Of a DNA stretch of 64,000 nt, positions 40,078 to 51,440 are shown piece by piece (within the stretch, counting starts at the first letter, position 1; each line of letters begins with the position of its first letter). The DNA is taken from contig OZ024759.1 in NCBI GenBank assembly GCA_964016885.1, forward strand, positions 24,986,001-25,050,000, given 5' to 3'. Origin of the DNA: Eledone cirrhosa. Taxonomy: Eukaryota. The notes under the pieces were generated by a model. The model saw only the letters and a list, made by a program, of their open reading frames with translations, did no database searches and was not told where the DNA came from. The position numbers and the translations under genes are program-made.

Positions 40078-40712
40078 GTTTCTGATTTAGGCACAAGGTC
40101 AGCAATTTTGGGGGAGGTGAAAGTCAAATTGACCCAGTACATTATACTATTTTATTTTATAGGCCCCTTAAGGATGAAAAGCAAAGCTAACTGTGACAGG
40201 ATTTGAACTCAGAATGTAAAGGGTTATAACTATATATTGCAAAAACATGTTGTCCACGCTCTACCAATTACTGCGCCTATCCACCACCTTATATATAATG
40301 ATAATAATTGTTTCTTATATAGGCACAAGGCCAGCAATTTTGGGAGAGGGGAAAGTCGATTAAATCAACCCCAGTGCATTACTGGTACTTTATTTTATCG
40401 ACCCCATAAAGATGAAAGGCAAAGCTAACCTCGGCGAGATTTGAACTCTGAACGTAAAAGACCATAACAATATGCCGCAAAGCATGTGCTCCGGCGCTCT
40501 ACTGATTTTGCCAATTCACAATAAGGATTTCTGAATTAGGTACAAGGCCAACAATTTTGGAGGAGGGGAAAGTGAATTAAATAGACCTCAGAACATGACT
40601 GGTACTTTATTTTATTAACCCTAAAAGGATGAAAGGCAAAGTAGATGTAAAGAGCCGGAATAAACCCACAAAGCATTTTCTCCGACACTCTAATGATTCT
40701 GCTATTCCACTA
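40078..40712 (-). mobile_element. Cluster of 3 SINE-A copies
   Basis: Revcomp of the consensus (…GGATGAAAGGCAAAG…GATTTGAACTC…) three times, separated by (TAA)n. Confidence 0.88.
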
Positions 40713-40716
40713 TACT

Positions 40717-40753
<37 letters not shown>

Positions 40754-41005
40754 TAATAATAAAATTACAACAACAATAACAACAACGTGATGCACTCCAC
40801 TATTATCCATTACTCGTGGTAGATAGTAAGCCTAATGAGATATTCCATTATAAAATCTATATCTGATAAGAGTTGCTTCTATGGTTAGAGTAAAATATTA
40901 ATATTAAAGATAAACTTCGCAATTATAATAAAGCAATATTGAACATTGTTAATGCTACATTTCAATTTACATTGATGTATAATATATATATATGCATATA
41001 TATTT

Positions 41006-41053
<48 letters not shown>

Positions 41054-41754
41054 AAATATATATATGTATATATAAATATATGTATATATATATATGTATA
41101 TAAAAGAGGGATCAGATGTTGTTTACTTGAGAGAAGGCTACGTTGGTATGGTCACGTGATGCGCATGAAAGACGACAGCTGTATAAAAAAGTGCAGGGCA
41201 ATAAAGATAGACGGTAGCCAATAGAGAAAACCCGCCTTACCTAAATACAAAGTAAAACCTACTACAGACAGTAGGCATCTCTAACAAAATACACCCCCGT
41301 CCCACCACCCCCACCCCATCCACACCGCCCCTTTCGATGTAAAGTTATGTTGGTGCCACAACATCCAGGCCGAAACAAATGAGATCGTGTAGGTGTCACG
41401 ACAAAAAAACACACAGTCCACGCTGTAATGTGGCCGTGTAGGCAACACGGTAAAAACCTCCCAGTCCTACACTGTAAATGTGGTTGGTGTTAGGAAGGGC
41501 ATCCAGCTGTGGAAAACCCGCCAGACAGTCCTATGCGAGCAAGACAACCACTCTTGCCTCAAGTGGGAAAACTCCCGTCCAAACCCATGCAAGCGTGGAA
41601 CATGGACATTAAACGATGATGATGATGATATATATATATATGTTTATAAGTTTTAATATAGATGAGATTCTACAGGATTAGAACTGTTTCATTCTTTAGA
41701 AATCATCAGGAAGCTGATTATTTCTAAAGAATATATTCTAAATATATATATATG

Positions 41755-41786
<32 letters not shown>

Positions 41787-42267
41787 AAATTTCAAGTTAT
41801 CAATAATGTAGTGATAATATATCGTCACGTTAGACATGAACAGCGTACGTGTAGGTTTGCTCAACGAGTATAAATTATATTCCGGAGAAAATGTAGAAAA
41901 GATGAATATAAAATGAAAGTGCTTTTATAAAGGAATTTATTAGGTATTTACATTTGTTTCTGTAACAGACGGAATACCTATGTATCGCTGCTTGCGTAAT
42001 CATATAATGTTAGCAAGTATTCGATAGCAAATGTATAATCAGTTGTCACCTCTTCAGAGATATTGGATAAATTGGAAAAAATCAGAAAAATTAAAGTATT
42101 TATATTGTAAGAAAGGAAGAAGAGAAGGGATAGTATATGACAGATGGCAATTCAATTTGCTGGTAAACAAGTACAACTAATATAAATACTTTAATTTTTC
42201 TGATTTTGGATAAATTGGAAAAAATCAGAAAAATTAAAGTCAATACCTAATAAATTCCTTTATATTC

Positions 42268-42323
<56 letters not shown>

Positions 42324-42834
42324 TATATACATATATATATAGTAATAATAATAAATTTGAAGACTAAAATCCAAAGAGGGCTCGATAAGGATAAATATAT
42401 ATCAAATATATAAGAACCGTAGAGCAAATATTTATTAAAATAACAGATTAAAGTTTAAGCAAAGAATCGCTGCTTTCACCCTTAATGGGATCTTCTGAAA
42501 CTAAAAAAAATCAATCTGTGAACGCAGAAGTAAATATTTCAAAAAACGTTGCAACCAAAGGATGACAGGAAGACGATACTTTGGTTCGTGGAAACGTTCC
42601 CTGGCAAAGAACGGATAAAAACGAAGATAATACGTCATTAATTGGGGCAGTGAAAACAATTACACGCAAAGACAAATAGAATATTAGTCTACGACTTCAT
42701 TTATACCATAAACGTGGTTTTGTCATTGCGTGTAATTGTCGATATACTGTATATATACCTCTGTATACTGTATATATATATCACTCAGATGGAAACCTGC
42801 AGAATCAATGTAACATATATGGGCTTACTGGTAT

Positions 42835-42908
42835 GTACTGTGTTAGACGATCAACTAACGAACGGCCTCTTGGAACATAACTCGTTCATAATTTGGGCAC
42901 CTACTGTA
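42835..42908 (+). mobile_element. Tigger/pogo-like terminal fragment
   Basis: GGAACATAACTCGTTCATAATTTGGGCACCTACTGTA resembles Tigger-type right ends (…ACTG|TA). Confidence 0.4.
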
Positions 42909-43241
42909 ACGTACTGACTAAAAACTAATAAAATAATGGTTTCTGATTTAGGCACAAGGCCAACAATTTTAGGGAAAAGGGAAAGTCGATTAAATCAACT
43001 CTAGTGCATTACTGGTACTTTATTTTATCGACCCTGTAAGGATGCAAAGCAAAGCTAACCTCAGCAGGGGTTTGAATTCAGAATGTAAAGGTTCATAACT
43101 CTATGCTACTAAGCATGTTGTCCGACGCTTTATCGATTCTGCCAACCCACTGCCCTAATAATAAAATAACATAAAATAGACAGAACACAGAAAACTGAAG
43201 ATAACATGACATAAAATACAACAACAGCAGCTAATAAATAA

Positions 43242-43674
43242 CTAACCCTTTAGCATTTACATTATATATCTACTATTGGCGGTGGATTGGCAGTATCGGT
43301 AGAGAGTCGGACGCCATGCTTTGCAGCAAAGAGTTACGGCCCTTTATGATCTGAGTTCAAATCCCGCCGGGGTTAATTTTGCCATTCATCCTTACGGGGT
43401 CGATAAAATAAAGTACCAGTAATACCCTGGGATAATTGCTGGCCTTGTGCCAAAAGTAGAGACAATTATATATCTACTATTATATTTTCAAGGTAAATAT
43501 TTTACCTCACATAATTATTATCTCATATAACATCAAATCTATGAGATTTTGGTATTATTTATTTTGAGAACAATACCTTAACATTAGTATGAGTGGCCGG
43601 TTACAGTCGGTTTGAACAGAGAGAGGCGAGAGAATTCTGGCCGGATACAGCCGGCTTAAATACTAAAGGGTTAT
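43242..43674 (+). mobile_element. piggyBac-type MITE (same family), carrying a SINE at 43278-43464
   Basis: Ends CTAACCCTTTAGCATTTA ... TAAATACTAAAGGGTTAT; SINE flanked by a 17-bp duplication ATTATATATCTACTATT (43261-43277, 43465-43481). Confidence 0.78.
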
Positions 43675-46189
43675 ACAAATATAAGAATACAGTAAAATAT
43701 GTAATAGATGATGTCAGTGTTTTTATTGCAGGAAGAGGGTCCTTCAAACGAGGAGTACTAATGAACAAACATAATGAGGTTTTTAGTATTGATATGATGG
43801 CCATGGTGGTGGAGGAGGGGGGGGTGATGTTGGTGGGGATGATGTTTGCAGTGATTATGGTAATAATAGTGATTATGGTAGTGATGATGGTGGTGGTGAT
43901 GGTGATTACGGTGATGATGGTGAGGGTAGGGGTGATTGCGGTAATGATGGTGGTGGCGATGATGATGGGGGTGGCGATGATGGTGGTGGTGATGATGTGT
44001 ACATAGAATGATTCTGGATTGGCAGTAGGATCAGAAGAGTGTCGAACAACATACTTTGCGGCCTAGAGTTATGGCCCTTTATGTTCTGATTTCAAAACCT
44101 GCCAGGGTTAGCTTTGCCTTTCATCCTTACGGGGTCGATAAAATAAAGTACCAGTAACACACAGGGGCTGATTTAATCGTCTTTCTCCTCCCCAAAAATT
44201 GCTGGCCTTGTGCCTAAAGTAGAAACCATTATTATTATTATTATTATTATTATTAGGGCAGTGGATTGGCAGTATCAGTACAGTAGCAGACACCATGCAT
44301 TGAAGCATATAGTTATGGCCCTTTACGTTCTGAGTTCAAATCCTATATATCCTCATGGGTTCGATAAAATAAAGTACCAGTAACATACTGGGGCCTATTT
44401 AATCGACTTCCCCCCACCACCACAAAAATTGCTAGTCTTGTTTCTAAATCAGAAACTATCATCATCATCATCAAAAATAATAGTAGTATATTTTGTCAAC
44501 CTGTTAATAGCAAAGCTTGAAATAGAACTAAAATAGGAGAGTAGTTAGAGCAATCAAACAACCCACAACCCACTTTGGTGTCAAATGGCCTCTCAGAGGT
44601 CGACACCAAGAATGAGATTCTTGAATTACAGAATTACGAAAATTATTTCAAGCGTGGGAATAAAAACAGCATAACAGTTCTCTCTTAAAATCGCTGGAAT
44701 TGTCCTCAAAGTAATGGAACTTTTTCTCCTTCTCACTGTCTCTCACTCTATCTATGTATATCTCTCTCTCTCTCTACACCCATTTCTATCATAGCTGTCA
44801 AATAGCTATTTACGTTGAGGTCTCGTTTCAGGAGTGACTATAAGTTGGGAATATGAAGGCCATCTAACAGAAATTTTGTAGAAGTGTCTATATTTAGAGA
44901 TGTCAACAGAGAAAAACTAAAAAAAAAAAAAAAAAATCCAAAAAACAACATAAAACCAATAAAAAATAAACTAAAATAAAAGTTAAAATTAAAATAAATC
45001 TTACACAATATGAAAAATAAGATGCCATACTTTTCTTGTCAATTTTCAGAATATGGAAAAACACGACGAAGAAACCACAAAAAATAAGAAATAAAGAAAA
45101 ATCTATTTAAAAGACTTGAGAGATATTATTCAGTTTTAAAATGCTTTAACATTGTTTGTGTGTGTTTTATGTGTGTGTATGTGACTTTTTAAAAACTTTC
45201 TTTGTGTATTTCTTTTCTCTTTTATTGATCCAAGGAGTTTGATGGCAATAAACATAACAAGGAAGTGGGTGGTTTTTTACTATGACTGCAAAGTTAAACA
45301 CTTCCAGAGAGAAAAATAAGAGGAATTACTTGGAAAACTCTGTGATAAAGAAATAAAATTCGAGAGAATAGAAAATTGAATAACAATAATAAGATTGAAT
45401 GGACCCCCCCCCCCCCCACACACACACACAAAAAAAAAAACAGAACTAAATTGCCAAGTCTTTGATTATATAATTATGTAAATTCAAGGTTTCAATTCCG
45501 TTGAATCTATTTCTTGTTGGACAATAGCGAAAGGCTGTTTAAAACTGGAATTTTGTTAAGAAACTATTTTATGAAGAATTGTTATTTTTAACATTATATA
45601 TTTTTTATATTATTTTTATATTATTATTTTTTATATTGTTTTACATTGTTTTATATTTTTATAATATATTCTGGTTTTGTATTTTTTGTATTACTGTTTT
45701 ACATTTTTATATTGTTTCATATTATTGTTTTATATTATCATATTATTGTTTTATATTGAAGAAATAAACTTGATTGATATCATCTGCAATATCCTGACAT
45801 CACTAAAGAATTCAATTCACAATTTAGACATAACTCTAATTTAGAGTTTAGACATAACCCCATGCCATTCAAGTAGACTTAATATAACAAGAAAAATACC
45901 AAAGAAGAGAAGTAAAAAAACCACAAAATGATTTATATAAACATCCCACAGTTCACCCCACCCCCACATTTTCAAATTGTTATTCTATTAGCAGTTCTCT
46001 CTCTCCTAACTCAATATACTCCAGCCAATAAATAAATCTAACGTCTTTAATTCATTCGATAAAGTTCTTAATTAGGAGATCTGGCAATTAACGTGAGAAT
46101 ACAAATATTTCCTCCATCAAATTATCTTGGAAACAGAATGTTAAAGCTTGTTTTTGAAAGATGTGTTTGCATCATGTCACAACACATCT

Positions 46190-46370
46190 TCTTCTTCTTC
46201 TATACATCAGTTACTGGTGCCATGACAAAGTAGCTCCTCCAGTTCACTTTGTCCAACATTGCCGTCTGAATTTCCCCTACTTTCAACACAGTGTCATCTT
46301 CAAGAACATCCTTCAGCATGATGGTTGGTCTCCCAACTTGTCTGCGCACATCAGGTTTCCAGAAATGAAC
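46190..46370 (-). mobile_element. RTE/RTE-X-like LINE 3' fragment
   Basis: FWKPDVRRQVGRPTIMLKDVLEDDT...AMLDKVNWR followed by a (GAA)n tail. Confidence 0.65.
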
Positions 46371-46410
46371 TATATATACACATACATAGATACTATACAC
46401 ACACACACAC

Positions 46411-46445
<35 letters not shown>

Positions 46446-46563
46446 TTATATATCATCATCATCATAACCGTTTTACGTCCGTTCTTCCATGCTAGCATGG
46501 GTTGCCCTGTTGTGGGCAGTAGCCGGTCGGCTGACCATGACTTGCTCATACGGAAACTGTATG

Positions 46564-46619
<56 letters not shown>

Positions 46620-47109
46620 TATATATATATCATTATATATATATACGCGAGTCCTTTGTTCCGTTATTTTTACTCATTATATATATATATTATTATTATC
46701 ATATATATATATATATATGTGTGAAAACACCCCTATCCTTTGTCAGGGCATTCTTCTAGGAGAAGGCAACTCAGGAAACTGGGATAACTCCGACATGTGG
46801 TTAGAATGTCTCAGGAAAGAACTGCTGGACAGATTTTACAGGCAAAACCAACTGGAAAGAGACCCAGGGGTAGACCTCAAGCAAGCTGGTTGGATAACAT
46901 CCATGAGCTTGGCTGATCTCAGTTGGAGATGGTTGCTTCTGACAGGACTCACTGGAAGGAGTGTTTGAGGACTGCCCTCATGCCCCTCCTCTCAAGAAGA
47001 AGAAGAAGAAGAAGAAGAAGAAGAAATATTAATAATAGTACAACCAAGGGTTTAGGGAGAGTTTATACCATTTTATTAATTTTAGGTATGTTTTACCAAA
47101 CATAGAATA

Positions 47110-47453
47110 TATCTATAGAGGCATGCATGGTCCCATAGCACCTAAGAAAGTTGTAGGACATACAGTATTTCTAGGGCAGTTTTAAGCCTGGCAGAGCCCA
47201 TATCCTCTCAAAGTCTGAATACAGCAAATTTCTTCGAGAGAAAGATAGAGAAAGTGAGAGAAAGGAAGTGAGAAAGAGATATAGAGGAAGAATCGACCCC
47301 AATACTAGACTGATATTTTCTTTTATTAACTTTAATTGGATGAAATGTAAAGTTGATCTCAACAAGATTTGAATACAGAGAGAGCAGAGAGTCAGAAGAA
47401 ATACTGCTAAGCATTCTATCTGATGATCTAACAACTCTGCCAATTAACCGCCT
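47110..47453 (-). mobile_element. SINE-A2: SINE-A-like head and core with a different, longer 3' tail
   Basis: Tail TTTTAAGCCTGG...TACAGCA.ATTTCTTC.AGAGAAAGATAG shared with 28592-28904; head fragments also at 13145-13276, 57462-57527, 58276-58381. Confidence 0.75.
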
Positions 47454-47573
47454 ATCTTTAGATAGCGATGATTAAATTAAAATCTGTTCGCATAATTGTA
47501 TACAAGAACCAATGTTAAGTTGCTATCTTAGTAATAGAATAATTAATTTTAGTAAATTCTTCAAAATTCTTCC

Positions 47574-48164
47574 TTAACCCTTTTAATACCGAACCAGCCA
47601 AAATCATTTCTGGTTCTATGAAAAGAAACAAAAAACTACAAAAACCCCCACTCATTTAAAAGGATTCCTATTTAACTCGGTTGATACCAACTCAGCCCAA
47701 CCCGCACAAAACTGCTTCTCGGTCTATAAGCCTCCCCTCCACCCCCTCCCCATTTTAAAGAGTTCCTTATTTAACTCAGATGATACCAGCCCATCCAAAA
47801 CTGCTTCTGGTTCTATGAACCCCACCCCACACCTCGTTTTAAAAGGTTTCTTATTTAACTCAGATGATACCAACCCACCCAAAACTGATTCCCATTTTAT
47901 GAGCCCCCTCCCCAACGGTTCCTTATTTAAGGGTTCCTTATTTAATTCAGATGATATCAGCCCACTCAAAACTGCTTCTGGTTCAATGAAACAAAACTAT
48001 CAAGTTTTAAAGCGTTTCTATTTGAATTAAAATCTTTTCACAGAATTGTATATAAGATCCACATGTGAAGTAACTATCTTAGCAATGAAATAATTAACAA
48101 TTTCAGTAATTCTCTCAAAATTCCTCATTAATTAATTAAACTAGAGTGCATTTCAGAGGGTTAA
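47574..48164. mobile_element. Second TTAA-flanked non-autonomous element with an internal ~80-bp degenerate tandem repeat
   Basis: TTAACCCTTT start and GAGGGTTAA end; unit TTCCTTATTTAACTCAGATGATACCAGCCCA...AAAACTGCTTCTGGTTCTATGA repeated about 5 times. Confidence 0.55.
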
Positions 48165-48258
48165 TTTACATGAGATACGAGATATAAATGTGAAATATTA
48201 ATTAGAGGTTCCTGTGAACCAGTGGGGCTAAGAAATCATATCTCATTTCTTTCAGTTC

Positions 48259-48462
48259 TTTACATTACTCTATATTTACAATTATATTTTCATGGTAAAG
48301 GCTTTACCTCACATAATTATCTCACATAATATTGAATCTCCAAGACTTTGATATTATTAATTTGAAAACAATACCTTAACACAAGTATGAGCAGCCAGTT
48401 TGAACAGACAGAGGTGAGAGAATTCTGACCAGATACGGCAAGTTTAAATACTAAAGGATTAA
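48259..48462 (+). mobile_element. piggyBac-type MITE copy without the SINE (left TIR eroded)
   Basis: Colinear with the 43242 copy; ends TAAATACTAAAGGATTAA; single uninterrupted ACATTACTCTATATTTACAATTATATTTTC site. Confidence 0.7.
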
Positions 48463-48499
48463 TGTAAAATGCCTTTAATGTTGTCACTATCAATATATC

Positions 48500-48790
48500 G
48501 TAATGTCATGACAATAAGTACCCAATCTATACTGTAAAATGGTAGTGTAGGTACCATCACAATAAGCACCCAGTCCACACTGTAAAATGGTAGTGTAGGT
48601 GTCATGACAATAAACACCCACTCCACACTGTAAAATGGTAGTGTAAGTGCCATGACAAAAAGCACCCAGTCCACACTGTAAAATGGTAGTGTAGGTGCCA
48701 TGACAAAAAGCACCCAGTCCTCACTGTAAAGTGGCCATGTAGGCGTCACAACAAAAAGCACCCAGTACATACTGTAAATGTGGTTAATGT
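48500..48790 (+). repeat. 48-bp tandem repeat x ~6 inside a SINE-B-type 3' fragment
   Basis: GTAGGTGCCATGACAAAAAGCACCCAGTCCACACTGTAAAATGGTAGT units run into TGTAAATGTGGTT..TGTTAGGAAGGG and the (GAT)n tail. Confidence 0.85.
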
Positions 48791-48984
48791 TAGGAAGGGG
48801 ATCCAAGCCAAAACTAGTCCTGTATGAGCAAGGCATGTTGGCATGTTCATCAGACCTGCCTTGTTTCACCACGGGGCAACTCATCTAACCCATGCTAGCG
48901 TGGAAAATGGACATTAAACAGCGATGATGACGATGATGATGAAGACTATCACTATATTGGAGAACTTTGATGTTATGCAAAGAA

Positions 48985-49427
48985 TATTGGACATACAATC
49001 ATGTCATGGGTTTGATTGATTCCTGGATTGGGTTGTGTGTTGTGTTCTTGAGCAAAATATTTCATTTCACATTGCTCCAGTATAGTCTGCTGAAAATGAG
49101 TACCAGCAATAGCTGGGGGTTTAAAGTCTGTGATGGACTGGCATCCTGTTCAAGGGAAGTAATGCACTCTGAGTCACTTCATGCCACGGAAACACTGGTC
49201 TGATGACCCTCCAGGCTTGAGACAGACTTAAACCCAGCGATGGACTGGTGTCCTGTCCTGGTCAGTATTATACTCTCAGTCTCAGTTGCTTCACACCACA
49301 GAAACCAGGACAAGCACTGAACTGATGAGCATCAGGGCTAAAGACAGACCTGCGATGAACTGGTGTCCTGTCCAGAGGGAAGTGCAGCACTGGACTGGTG
49401 AGCCTCTGGGCTCACAACAGACTTTAG
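48985..49427 (+). mobile_element. CORE-type SINE with a V-domain-like 3' module repeated three times
   Basis: GTGTTCTTGAGCAAAATATTTC...GAAAATGAGTACC, then three copies of GCGATGGACTGG..TCCTGTCC...CTGATGAGC...CAGACTT; similar triplication at 51440-51800. Confidence 0.7.
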
Positions 49428-50601
49428 ATCTTTAAACATAACATGCATTATAATATTAGTATGTCCTTCAGTTATAGAAACCCATCTCATGAATAACCTC
49501 CCCAAGAAAACTGTTGAAGTTGACTGCAAATCACATCTATTGTGAACTAAATTGTGGGGTTTTTACTAACATTTTGAACAGCTTGACAACCAAATTATTT
49601 GAAAAGACAGAAATGCCTCCCCCCTCAAAAAACAAAAACAAGAACAAACAAACAAACACATAGAAGCCATTTTTTTCTTTCTTTGTAGCCAGAGCAATCA
49701 ACTCCATTGTGTGGTTGGTTCTAGAACTTTGGTGAAATATATTTTAACAGCAACAACAAAAACAACAACAGCAACAACAAAAACAACAACTTCAGCAACA
49801 GTAACAACAACAGAAGCAGCAACAACAGCAATAGTAACAACAGCAGTATCAGCAATGATGGAAGCAGCAACAGCAATAACAACAACAACACTAACAGTAA
49901 CAACATCAGCAACAGTAGTAGCAACAATAATAACAGCAACAGCATTAACAACAACAGCAACAGTTACACCAACAACAGCATAATAACAATAATAACATCA
50001 ACGACAACAATATGACAATATAACATCAACAACAACATAACATTGACAACAACATAACAACAACAATTATAATAACAACTACAACAATAACAACGATTAG
50101 AATAACAACAATAACAACAACGACAACATCTCAACAATAACAACAACTATGACAATGACAACATCAACAAGAATAACAACAACAACAACAACATCTCAAT
50201 AATAACAACTATAACAATGACAACATCAATAATAACAACTACAACATAAAAACAACAATTATAATAACAACTACAACAACAACCAAAATAAAACTGAACA
50301 AGTGAAATAAGTTAGAAATGGAAGTAATTTGTGTGTTTTTTTGTGCTTTTTTGTGTCATCTATTTCTCTATATTGTATAGTTTGGTAGTTTGATATAAAA
50401 TCTAGAGAAAATGGCATAGAATTGAAATAAATGTTACTATTATTCCTCTGACATGTGAATGAGGTTGTAAAGAATAAGGAGACAACTTGGTTAGGGAATT
50501 CATAGAAATCTCTACATGTCCTTTATCTCACTTACAAAACCAATAAAACAAAATTTGGTACATATTTTTTTAAGATTATGTTGTTATTATTAGTGTTATT
50601 A

Positions 50602-51440
50602 AGGGCAGTGAATTGGCAGTATCGGTAGAGAGTTGAACACCATGCTTTCCAGCATAGTTACGTCCCTTTACGGTCTGAGTTCAAATCCCGCCGAGGTTAA
50701 CTTTGCCTTTCATCTTTACGAGGGTAGATAAAATAAAGTACCAGTAATACACTGGGTAATTTGCTGGCCTTGTGTCAAAAGTAGAAACAATTATTAGTGT
50801 TATTGATAAATAAATAAAAGTGCAGTGGATCAGCAGAATCGGTAGAGCATCGGACACCATGTTTTGCAGCATAAAGTTATGGCCCTTTATGTTCTGAGTT
50901 CAAATCTCGCTGAGGATAGCTTTGCCTTTCATCCTTACAGGGTAAATAAAATAAAGCACCAGTAATGCACTGGGGTCAACTTTAGTTGACTTTCCACTTC
51001 CCTTCAAATTGCTGACCTTGTGCCAAATGTAGAAACTATTATTATTATTAATAATAAATAAATAAAAGGGGCAGTGGATTAAAAGAATCAGTAGAGCGTT
51101 GGACAACATGGTTTGCCACATATAGTTACGGCCCTTTACGTTTTGAGTTCAAATCTCGTCGAAGTTAGATTTCCTTTTCATCGTTACAAGGTCAATAAAA
51201 TAAAGTAGCAGTAACACTCTGGGGGTCAATTTAATCAAAATTTCCCTTCCCCAAATTGCTGGCCTTGTGCCTAAATCAGAAACCATTATTAGTATTACTA
51301 ATAAATAAAAAAAGATTGGTGGATTGGCAGAATCAGTAGAGCTGCAGACAACATGTTTTGTTTTGTAAAGTTACAGCATTTTATGTTCTGAGTTCAAATT
51401 CTGCTGAGGTTAGCTTTGCCTTACATGATTACAGAGTTGA
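50602..51440 (+). mobile_element. Cluster of 4 SINE-A copies (last one 3'-truncated and fused)
   Basis: Same consensus; first copy flanked by the duplication ATTATTAGTGTTATT. Confidence 0.9.

Noticed and set aside
49295-49345. GAAACC...CTGATGAGC suggesting a permuted hammerhead
   Set aside because: No GUH cleavage site or closing stems; part of the SINE 3' module.
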